A stretch of DNA of 64,000 bases. Source: a virus. The stretch is from the IMG/VR virus record IMGVR_UViG_3300032261_000561. One strand, given 5' to 3'. This document shows, one piece after another, positions 45,013 to 53,767 of this stretch. Every line of letters starts with the position of its first letter. The first letter of the stretch is position 1. The notes under the pieces were generated by a model, which did not search any database, was not told where the DNA came from, and saw only the letters and a program-made list of their open reading frames with translations. The position numbers and the translations under genes were made by a program.

Positions 45013-48000
45013 TTAGCCCAGCCACATCATCGCGTCGAACTTGGGGTCCAGGGCACTCTCTCGCTCGGTTGACGCAACCCGATGGCCCGAGCCGAAGCCC
45101 GGGGGGACAGTGCCTCGTTGAGCCCCGCGTGTCGATCCGGCGGGCACCCTGGCTGCGGCGAAGGCTCGTACGTTGGCCTTATAGACCGCGTCGAGCAGGT
45201 TGGCCCGGTCCTCCACGGTGGAGTGGCGAATGGTCTGCAACCAACTCGCCAGCTTGAACCGTGCTTGGAAGGGGGCCAGTCCGCAGCGAACATAGGCCTC
45301 AGCGCACCGCAGCGCCGTGAGCCCGTCTGCGAACTTCTCCCGGGATGATTCGCGATTACTGCCACCGGCAGCTGCCGCACCCTCACCCGGGGCCCAGATC
45401 TGAGAGTCGACGCTCATGTCCGGATCCGCTACATCATCACCGGCGTTGTTGGCGAAGTCCCCCAAGTCGAATTGACTTGCCTGGGCATCGGCGTCGGTCT
45501 CATCCGAGACCGGCCTCTCTACGTCAACACGATCGTCCGGAGCTGCGACTTCCAGCTTCTCGTCGGCCTGTCGACGCATAGTGTTACTCCTTGCTTCAAC
45601 CTTTTGTGCTTGACGCAAGGCGGTTTGCAGGGTGGGGAACAACGCGTCCAGCGGGACGCCCGCCCCCTTAGACCAGCGCGCGGCCGCCCGGGTGAGGGTT
45701 CCGGCGCCGTGCGCATTCCACGGCTGGCCGGTCACCTGGGTCAGCCAGTTGTTGAACTGGGCGAACCAGTGACGACTGGCGTCCTTGGGCTGCGTCTCGG
45801 TGGGAGACAGACCCACGTCCTGGAAGTCGTCGCCGCGCAGGCTCTGGTCGTCAGTACCCGACAGCTCGGGATTGGTAACGGTGGGCTGCTCGACACCTTC
45901 GGCGTAGCGACGACGAGCCTCCTTCTCTTCGCCGTCTTCGCCTTTGCGCTTGATGTTTTTCTTGAAGCTCTCCGGAATCTCCCCGCCCCGCCTCTGGCCT
46001 GCCGTTATCCGGTTGTAGGTGTCGATATCGGCCTGCAGGCTGCGGCTCTTCGCCTGGATGCGGGCCACCAGGTTGTTCTCGGAGTTGGGGGCCTTGGACT
46101 CATCGCCGGTCGGTGCGGCCACCGCCTCGGCCGGTGGAACGCCGTCGCCCTCGCCGTACACCGACGGAATGAAAGTCTCGGCTTGCTCACCCAGATCGTT
46201 CTCGCCGTAAGGCCCACCATCAGTGTGGCCGCTGTCGTCGGCCGTGCGGCGGTGCTGACGACGACCAGTCGTCGCCACCCTGCCGCGCTCAGACAGTCGA
46301 GGTGCTCCCACGGTCTGGGTTCCTTTCTGCGTGCCCTTTCTCTTCTTATTTCCTGACGAGGCCGACTTCACAGGTCGACGAGCCGGGCGCCGGGCGGATT
46401 CCTTGTCTTTGAGCCACGGCGGCTTGTTGTCGTCTTTGTCCTTGTCGTCGTCTTCGTCGTCATCGTCATCGGAATCGTCGTCTTCGTCATCCCCGGCAGT
46501 GCGGCGGGAAGACTGGCGACGGCGCCTGGCGGCGAACTGGGGTGGAGGGCCCTGCGTCTCGATGGGCGTGGGCGGCAGGGGACCCTCGTCCTCTTCGTCC
46601 TCGTCGCCCAGCTCGTCTTTCAGCCGGTCGACGTCCTCCTCGATGTCGTCCACGATGTCCTCGACGCCGCCACCCTCGAACTCATCGGCGCCGCCGAATT
46701 CGCCGGGCGGCTCGCCACCACCGAAGTCTTCTTCGCCGCCCTCGTCTTCGGGGGCACCTTCATCTGCCTGCAGCCACGGGGGGCGACGGTCGTCCTCGTC
46801 CTCCTCAGCGGCATACCTGGTCCGTGTCCGAGCCATGGTCTTCCTCCTTGTTTTCCTCGCCGCTCTGGGCTGAGCTTCTGGGGCCTGCTGGCCCTCTTGG
46901 GACGGCGCTCCTACTTCCCCGACGTCCTCCACCAGACGATCGCTGTCCAGGCCCTGCTCCTCCTGGGTCCGGTCGAGCCGCTTCGTCTCGTCGAAGTCGG
47001 GGGTCTGCAGTTCCTCGGGGGATTCGATGGGATTCTGGAAAGGCATGTCTTCTTCGCGCGGGCGGTACGGGGTGACGAACTCGTAGTCATCGGCAGAGTC
47101 GTCATCATCGTCCCTGAGAGTGTCAATATCTTCGGGAGCTTCTTGTTCGCCCCAAGCCTTTTTGTGCCGGGCGGTGCGTCCCCAACCGTCGGCCTTGTAG
47201 GCGTACACCGCACCGGAGGGATCGAAGTGGATGTGGTCAGCTTCGTGAACCGGCTCGCCGGTGTCTTTGTGCACGAAGGTGCTGTCGGTCTTAGGGTTGT
47301 AGCCGACGATCGACATGGGCATACCCTCCGGTGGCGGGCCTTTGTCCAAGATCCCGTAGATACCCGCGTGCACGGTGCGATCCCCCTCGCCGCGCTCCCC
47401 TGAGAAGGTGTCCTTGTACAGCTGGCTGCCAGCTGGCTGAACATGCAATCGGGCGTTGCGCAGATGCAGGTCATCGATGTAACCGCGCACGTGCTTGCCG
47501 GTCCTGGAATCGGGCTGGCGGATCGACCACAGGTCAGCCTGCGGCTGGCCGGTGCGGCGCTGTCGATTGAACGCGTGCCGGTTGAAGTGGACGTAGACCT
47601 CGCTGTCGGGGTCGATCGGCCGGGCGCCTTCGCGTTTGACGAACTTGCCCGCCTCGGTGCGCTTCCCGGCCACGATCACCTGACTCACCACCGCCGTCTC
47701 GTCCGCCGGATCGAATACATAGCTCAGCTCGAAGAAGCCCAAGCGGTAGCAGTTCTCATAGACCAGCTGGGGCTCGCCGGTGCGCGGATCCGGCAGATGC
47801 TGGCCCTTGTGGAATTTGACGTGGTCACACATGTCGAACACATCGGTCGCACGATTACCGCAGTAGCTGCAGATGGTGAACCCGGCCTCGACTCCCATGG
47901 AGACCGAGTCCAAACCACCCGTCCGGATCTCATGCGCGAGCTTAGGGAACCGAAGCGCATCGATCTCCTGGATGACCTGGATGTGCTTGTCTTTGCCGTT

Positions 48001-48408
48001 CTCGATGTAGCGGGCGGCCACCACCCGGCCGCGTGCCCGATCAGGATCGAAATTGGCGTGGTTGACGAAGCACGGTTTGCCCAGAAACGTCTTGTAGCTT
48101 TTGGCCAGCTCCTCAGACGGCCAGGCGTCCCAGTTCTGGTTGATGCGCGCGCTGATCGCCCGCACGGCGGTGTAGAGCATGCCATCGCGGAACTGGAAGT
48201 CGGGCACCACAGCGGCTTGTTTGGCTAGGGTGAACGGCCGGATCAGCTGGGCAACCTTCTTGCGGTCCTCCCCGATGCTGGCCACCCGGCCGACGACTTT
48301 GTGCTGGCGGTTGGCCAGGATGGAGGTCGCGTGGAACTGGCGCTGGGCACTCTTGAGCGCCCGCCGGAAGCGGTGTTCTACCTCGCGGTCACGCAGGTCG
48401 ACGGTCAT
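45013..48408 (-). CDS. Capsid maturation protease (Zn-finger insert) fused to acidic scaffold-like region and a passenger domain
   Basis: TFLGKPCFVNH...DSVSMG...CSYCGN...CDH...FFELSYVFDPAD; long D/E-rich tail. Confidence 0.75.
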   Translation of the reverse strand: MTVDLRDREVEHRFRRALKSAQRQFHATSILANRQHKVVGRVASIGEDRKKVAQLIRPFTLAKQAAVVPDFQFRDGMLYTAVRAISARINQNWDAWPSEELAKSYKTFLGKPCFVNHANFDPDRARGRVVAARYIENGKDKHIQVIQEIDALRFPKLAHEIRTGGLDSVSMGVEAGFTICSYCGNRATDVFDMCDHVKFHKGQHLPDPRTGEPQLVYENCYRLGFFELSYVFDPADETAVVSQVIVAGKRTEAGKFVKREGARPIDPDSEVYVHFNRHAFNRQRRTGQPQADLWSIRQPDSRTGKHVRGYIDDLHLRNARLHVQPAGSQLYKDTFSGERGEGDRTVHAGIYGILDKGPPPEGMPMSIVGYNPKTDSTFVHKDTGEPVHEADHIHFDPSGAVYAYKADGWGRTARHKKAWGEQEAPEDIDTLRDDDDDSADDYEFVTPYRPREEDMPFQNPIESPEELQTPDFDETKRLDRTQEEQGLDSDRLVEDVGEVGAPSQEGQQAPEAQPRAARKTRRKTMARTRTRYAAEEDEDDRRPPWLQADEGAPEDEGGEEDFGGGEPPGEFGGADEFEGGGVEDIVDDIEEDVDRLKDELGDEDEEDEGPLPPTPIETQGPPPQFAARRRRQSSRRTAGDDEDDDSDDDDDEDDDKDKDDNKPPWLKDKESARRPARRPVKSASSGNKKRKGTQKGTQTVGAPRLSERGRVATTGRRQHRRTADDSGHTDGGPYGENDLGEQAETFIPSVYGEGDGVPPAEAVAAPTGDESKAPNSENNLVARIQAKSRSLQADIDTYNRITAGQRRGGEIPESFKKNIKRKGEDGEEKEARRRYAEGVEQPTVTNPELSGTDDQSLRGDDFQDVGLSPTETQPKDASRHWFAQFNNWLTQVTGQPWNAHGAGTLTRAAARWSKGAGVPLDALFPTLQTALRQAQKVEARSNTMRRQADEKLEVAAPDDRVDVERPVSDETDADAQASQFDLGDFANNAGDDVADPDMSVDSQIWAPGEGAAAAGGSNRESSREKFADGLTALRCAEAYVRCGLAPFQARFKLASWLQTIRHSTVEDRANLLDAVYKANVRAFAAARVPAGSTRGAQRGTVPPGFGSGHRVASTERESALDPKFDAMMWLG

Positions 48409-51400
48409 TGGACGTAATGAGTCCCTTGGAGGTCTAAGCCGTCCAGGTTGCGTGCACCCTGTGGGTGATATTCGTTCATCAGGTCGGCCTGCTCCTGGGC
48501 CGAGTAGTTACGCCCGGCCTGCTTCAGGAATCCCGCTGCCGCACCGGCGATGTCGGAGTCCGAGAAGGTGCCGCGTCGACCACCGCCCACAGCTGGACCG
48601 GCGCCGTAGACGCCCATCATGGCCTGGCGCTGGGAATCACCCTGCGGTGTACCACCGCCACGACCGTACTGCCGGGCAGCTGCCGTGGCCTGGAACTGAC
48701 GCACCACGTCGGAGTGGTCGTACCGGGAGGCCACCGCCAGCAGCTCGGGTGCAGCCTCGGCCAGCTCGCCACCTTCGGCAGCTTCACCGCCCGCAGCGCC
48801 GCCTCCACCGCCCTTGCCGCCCTTGCCGCCAGGCATGCCAGGGATACTCGGGATCTTGGGCAGCATCTGCTGAGCCTCGTCCAGGCCAGGGATCTTGGGG
48901 ATCGGGCTCTCGTCGTCATCGGGGTCGGGCGGGGTGCTGCCCCAGCCGGGTGGCAGCGTGGACGGATCGAAGGCGACGCGACGTTCGTAACGAGCATTGC
49001 GTTCGCGGATACCGTCCCTGATCGAAGGACGACGATTGGCATAACTGGTACCCGGCGATGTCACGTTCGCCATGTCACCGGGGGCACCACCGGACAACGG
49101 CGCGAAGCCGGTGTTGCCGCCGAACCCAGCGCCCGAGACACCACCACTGCTGGGCAGGATGGGTGCGATGGGGGGAGCGAAGCCGCCGCCCTGACTACCG
49201 CCACCGGACGGCTGACTGAGCATGTGCGTGGTACCCCCGACACCGCCACCACCACCCAAGGGATCTTTGGTGGGGGCCCCGGGGGTGAACGGCATCGTGG
49301 ATGCTCCGGCGCCGCCGCCGCCGGTAAAGTCGCCGGGATTAGCGGAGGTATCACCCCCACTGAAGTCGAAGTCGCCACCGGCGGCGCTGCTGAAGTCATC
49401 GTCGTCGGCGTAATGCAGGCTGGCCGTCGAAGGCAGGCCCGACTCGGTCATGTCGTCGCCCGCGTTCATCAACGGTGCACCACCGGCGACGTCCTGCGGA
49501 CCCTGCTGAGTGATGTTGGGACCCATCGGGCTGATCGAGCCGGTCTCGCTAGAGAACAGGTCGGCCAGGAAGGGCGGCAGCACCCCGGCCTCCTTGGGGG
49601 TGTTCACCGCACCAGGGTCACTGGGCTCCTTAGGGGCGTTCACCTCGGAGTCGGAATCGTTGTACTTGAGGATGTCGCCGTCGGGCAGACTGGTGACGTC
49701 CTGGAAGTTGGGACGCTCGTTCTCGTCGACGTAGTCGGCCGAACTGGAATACCAGTCTTTGGGGTCGCGGCCGGATCCGGCGAAGCCGCCGTCCAGCCAG
49801 CCGCCGTCGCCCTTGTCCATGAAGCCACCGTCAGCCTCGTGAAGGGAAGCCGAGAAGTAGCTGGCGTCGGTCCCGGCATCGTGCAGGTCGTCGATTAAGT
49901 CGCGAATCTCGTCGTTGTGCTCGTCCATGCTGCCGAAGTTGTCGGAGAGCGGTTCCTGGATCACGTCGCGAAGCTTGTTGAGATCCTTGGTGGCCTCCCC
50001 AGCATCCGGCCTCGGAGCGTTGCGCACCGGGTCGGTGACGCTCTGGGTGTCGGCGTCGGCGAAATGCCACGGGGGCAGGATGGCGGCCTCGACGGTGAAG
50101 TGCTCGATGTCAGGCTCTTGGTGTGATTTCTCGTCATCGTGGTCATCGTCGTGCGCCGCCGTCTTGTCGGTCATGATCTGACCAGGGCCGGTGGTGGTCC
50201 GCTCGTCTTTGGTGACGTCAACCAGGTGCTCGGGCTCGCCTTCGGGGACGAACTGGATGTCGGGTGTGAGGCTGTGCGGGGTCATCCGCAACATCTCGCG
50301 GCCTTCCTTGTACACCTGATCGGGATCGAAGGTGTAGGGGATGTCGTACTGGCGCTCAGGCACTTTGCGAGGGTGAGCCTCGGCGTAGTCGTAGAGCTGG
50401 GCGACTTCCTCCTCGGTGTAGCCCTCGTCGTCGTCATCGCGAGACTTGGTGACGAAGTTAGCCACCCCGTCGATGTCGGTCGGCTGGCCGTTTTCCTCGG
50501 CCCACTTCTTAAACTCTTCGACCACGCCCGACATCCTTCTGAAACGGGTGCCTTTGCCCGGTCGATCGAACGCTGAACGCATTTCCTGGTAGGCGGCATA
50601 GGCATGGCTGCAGAAGCGCCCCACGTACGTTAGACGGCGTTTGAAAGCCCATCGTCCCCACGGACATCCGCAGCGCCAGGCGGTGACGGACTGGTTACCA
50701 AGATCGAACACGTTCCCGCGAATGATCATGCAGTCGTAGAAGCCGTGATCGCCCTGGACGGTCGCTGAGATGATCTCAGGAGTGTTTTGTTTGATGTGCA
50801 CCCGGCCCTCGCTACGCAGCCGCTTGGCCTTACGCTGCACGTCCCGCCAGGCCGCTTCGCGAATTACCGGGTCGGACTGGACCAGATCCATCTCCATGCC
50901 GACACGCGGATCCAGACCATAGCTAGCGTCGTCTATCGCGGCCTGACGCTCCATGGTTGACATCGCGGTCGCGATGGGGTCGATGAAGTCGGACGCCAGC
51001 GGACGCACGTCAGCGAAGTGGGCGGGCATGTCGGTGGGCGGCTCGATGTCATCGAAGATGCTGGCCGCCCGGCCGCGCATCCGGTCCCAGAACGACGGTC
51101 CCTCCTTGTAGCGGTGCTCACCCTTCAACTTGCCGGGACCCGGCACGCGCTTCATGAAGACGTTCGTCTCGTTGCCGGGATCCTTGACCAGCTCGGGCGC
51201 CGCGCCGTGCGGCAGTGTCTCGCTGAAATAGTCGTCATGCTCGAAGGGATCGCGGTGCCGCCCCTCGGCCTCGTGGCAGCTGGCACACACCATGGATCCG
51301 CGCCAGGCGGGCTGGAAGATGTCGTCGGAGCGCGGCGGCTTGGGGCTGCGGCGGTTCTTCATGTGCCGGTACGGGTTGTGCCAGGCTCCGCAGTCGGGGC

Positions 51401-52286
51401 AGCTGTACCACTCGGGCTCGTCACCCTCGAACATCTCGGTACCCGTTTCACCGGACGGGGAGACGCGGTCAAAGGGATAGACCGGATTGTCGCTCGGTCG
51501 CAACTGGGGGCCTTCGGGGGCCTCTCGGCCACGTTCGCGGGGAACGTGGGAGGGCTTGTCCTCATGGAACGGCTCATGGCGCAGCTGGGTGTACTCCTCG
51601 ATGCCGCCTTGCCGAGTCTGATGCTGGTCGTGATACTGAGGAAAGGTGCCACGTCCAAGCTCAAAATCAGAAGGTTCTTCGTCCGCCCACTGACGCTCAT
51701 ACTCGTTTTCCACAGGCCCGTAGTCGTCGTAGTGCGGATCCTGCAGCAGGGGATAGTCCCTGCCCAGCACGATCTGCGGGCGCTCGCGCATCGCGCTGTG
51801 GGCGCCGGTAGCGAACAGATTCGGCTTGGGTCCCGGGCCCTTGGTATCGCGGCCACGGCTGCGCAGGCTCAGCGAGTCGCTGGGGCGCAGCCGCTCGTCG
51901 GGGTCGATCTGACCGAATTCACCCGGCCCCCAGCTCTGGTTGGGCCCCGGCGTGGTGAGCGCGTCTACCTGTGGGGTGGGGTTATATGGCAGCGTGGTGG
52001 TGTTGCGTTCGTTGACGTGCAATGCGGGGTCGTGAGCGAAGCCTCGGGATCCGATCGCATAGGTGGCGGCGCCGCGTATGTACGCGTCGGGATCGATCAC
52101 CTTATCCGGCGAGAACTGGTAGGTGAACAGATTTTCCGGCGGTCCGTCGCCGCTGGCGGTGCGGGCAGCTGTGGCGTCCACCCAGACGTCGAAGCCGGGG
52201 CCCCGAACGCGATAGCTCGTACGGCCGTGCACGGTTTCGGTCTCGACCAGCTCACCGGGCCCGTGCGCAGTGTGGATCGTAGTCAT
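48405..52286 (-). CDS. Large head-associated multidomain protein with SWIM Zn finger
   Basis: ATG 52286 after AGGAGGAG; WRCGCPW...FCSHAYA; 1293 aa. Confidence 0.65.
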   Translation of the reverse strand: MTTIHTAHGPGELVETETVHGRTSYRVRGPGFDVWVDATAARTASGDGPPENLFTYQFSPDKVIDPDAYIRGAATYAIGSRGFAHDPALHVNERNTTTLPYNPTPQVDALTTPGPNQSWGPGEFGQIDPDERLRPSDSLSLRSRGRDTKGPGPKPNLFATGAHSAMRERPQIVLGRDYPLLQDPHYDDYGPVENEYERQWADEEPSDFELGRGTFPQYHDQHQTRQGGIEEYTQLRHEPFHEDKPSHVPRERGREAPEGPQLRPSDNPVYPFDRVSPSGETGTEMFEGDEPEWYSCPDCGAWHNPYRHMKNRRSPKPPRSDDIFQPAWRGSMVCASCHEAEGRHRDPFEHDDYFSETLPHGAAPELVKDPGNETNVFMKRVPGPGKLKGEHRYKEGPSFWDRMRGRAASIFDDIEPPTDMPAHFADVRPLASDFIDPIATAMSTMERQAAIDDASYGLDPRVGMEMDLVQSDPVIREAAWRDVQRKAKRLRSEGRVHIKQNTPEIISATVQGDHGFYDCMIIRGNVFDLGNQSVTAWRCGCPWGRWAFKRRLTYVGRFCSHAYAAYQEMRSAFDRPGKGTRFRRMSGVVEEFKKWAEENGQPTDIDGVANFVTKSRDDDDEGYTEEEVAQLYDYAEAHPRKVPERQYDIPYTFDPDQVYKEGREMLRMTPHSLTPDIQFVPEGEPEHLVDVTKDERTTTGPGQIMTDKTAAHDDDHDDEKSHQEPDIEHFTVEAAILPPWHFADADTQSVTDPVRNAPRPDAGEATKDLNKLRDVIQEPLSDNFGSMDEHNDEIRDLIDDLHDAGTDASYFSASLHEADGGFMDKGDGGWLDGGFAGSGRDPKDWYSSSADYVDENERPNFQDVTSLPDGDILKYNDSDSEVNAPKEPSDPGAVNTPKEAGVLPPFLADLFSSETGSISPMGPNITQQGPQDVAGGAPLMNAGDDMTESGLPSTASLHYADDDDFSSAAGGDFDFSGGDTSANPGDFTGGGGAGASTMPFTPGAPTKDPLGGGGGVGGTTHMLSQPSGGGSQGGGFAPPIAPILPSSGGVSGAGFGGNTGFAPLSGGAPGDMANVTSPGTSYANRRPSIRDGIRERNARYERRVAFDPSTLPPGWGSTPPDPDDDESPIPKIPGLDEAQQMLPKIPSIPGMPGGKGGKGGGGGAAGGEAAEGGELAEAAPELLAVASRYDHSDVVRQFQATAAARQYGRGGGTPQGDSQRQAMMGVYGAGPAVGGGRRGTFSDSDIAGAAAGFLKQAGRNYSAQEQADLMNEYHPQGARNLDGLDLQGTHYVQ

Positions 52287-52323
52287 CGCTCCTCCTACCC
52301 TTTCGGGCTCTGAGGAGGACGAG

Positions 52324-52923
52324 TTACAGGGGACGGAACAGAGGATAACCGAGACGAGCCCCCACCAAGGCCGCGCCATGGAACGGGAAGAACTGGGTAT
52401 CTCCGGCAAAAGCCAAGCCCAACCGATCGAAGATCACCTCGCCGGTAAACTCCCCGATTGATAACGGGGAACCACCTCTGCTGGGGTGAACAGAAGCCTG
52501 GTCGCTGTACCCGGCGGTTACATGGGGCAGCCAGGGCTCATGCTGATCGGGGATCGGGAATACGTCTTCGGCAGCCCGCACGACATCGGTGTGGATCTGA
52601 GACAACTCGGGTGAATGACCCACTAGGTAAACAGCGCAAGGACTGCGGCCCTCATGCCCGTCGGGGTTGAACACCGCATGACCGAACACCCGGCCCGTGA
52701 TCTCACCGTAGGATTCGGCCACCCGCGCGGTGGCGACCACCAGCGGACTCGGATCCTGATAGCCGACGTCCTCGCCCAGGAACACCAGCGTCAAATGGAG
52801 ATCGTCGACCGGCTCCCCGCCCGGCACTGCCAGCATCTGTGCAAAATCGCTGCGCGGATAAAGTGCCACCATGCCCCCCGTGTGCTTCTCCTGCTCCGCG
52901 TCGGCATGGTGCATCCAGCTCAT
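52324..52923 (-). CDS. 2H phosphoesterase (LigT / Acb1-like)
   Basis: Two HxT motifs: DLHLTLVFLG and WLPHVTAGY. Confidence 0.8.
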   Translation of the reverse strand: MSWMHHADAEQEKHTGGMVALYPRSDFAQMLAVPGGEPVDDLHLTLVFLGEDVGYQDPSPLVVATARVAESYGEITGRVFGHAVFNPDGHEGRSPCAVYLVGHSPELSQIHTDVVRAAEDVFPIPDQHEPWLPHVTAGYSDQASVHPSRGGSPLSIGEFTGEVIFDRLGLAFAGDTQFFPFHGAALVGARLGYPLFRPL

Positions 52924-53211
52924 GGCGTTCGCAACTCCTCGGAACAGAAGTGGGCTGGCTTCACGTAGACTGAAAGCCCGAAGACTTCTGCGTCAGAGTG
53001 TTTCCAAAAGAGCTTCCAGGAAACATGGAGCTGACGGATCACCGCGACCGCCGCCGCCTCACCGATGGGGGACGTAACGCCGGTATCCTCCGAAACCGCT
53101 TCGATGCCATGCGCGTTCAAGTAATTGGTCAGGCTGGTCGCCTGATCGGGACTCTCGACCGGCAGAGTCAAGTAATAAACCTCTGTGGTGTTCTCGGAGT
53201 CAGACATCATA
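52920..53211 (-). CDS. Hypothetical protein
   Basis: About 96 aa, ATGA coupled to the 2H gene; start uncertain. Confidence 0.55.
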
Positions 53212-53275
53212 TCGGACAATCACTTTCCCCTCAGTGTGTGCTCTGGAATGTGGTGTTGGTCACCTTACCTGATAT

Positions 53276-53767
53276 CTACCCAGGTGAGGACCCGTTGGTG
53301 TTGGGCTGACCGGGGATGTCCGATAACGCCGGTAACACAACATCTTTGGACTCATCTTCAACAACCAGGGGATACAACTCGATATCCCCCCACTGCACAG
53401 CTGGGACACCGAGGCGTCTAGCCCAGCCGTAGTGGCTCAGGAAATTATTCGCATCGAAACAAAGATCGACGGCGGTGCGGCGCAGTACCTCCACCAGCTG
53501 CTCGCGCTCTTGGGGAGTGCCCAGCGCTCGCCCCGCGTATGTCGTCCAGGCGATGTTGCCGTTGGGCAGTTTCAGGCCGAACTGCTCGAACCGGGGCGGC
53601 GCCGCCGGAGGTGGCGGGGGCTCGGGTAGCGGGGGCGGATCGGGCATCATCGCCTCACCGTTGAGCGCGGCCGAGATTACCGGCTCGCGGCGCCACACCA
53701 TGTCCCCGATCGTCTCAACCACGTCGAGCACCCCGTGGGCGAAGCCGAGCACTGAATGCCTCACCAT
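53276..53767 (-). CDS. Hypothetical protein
   Basis: 163 aa overlapping the portal stop. Confidence 0.55.
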   Translation of the reverse strand: MVRHSVLGFAHGVLDVVETIGDMVWRREPVISAALNGEAMMPDPPPLPEPPPPPAAPPRFEQFGLKLPNGNIAWTTYAGRALGTPQEREQLVEVLRRTAVDLCFDANNFLSHYGWARRLGVPAVQWGDIELYPLVVEDESKDVVLPALSDIPGQPNTNGSSPG

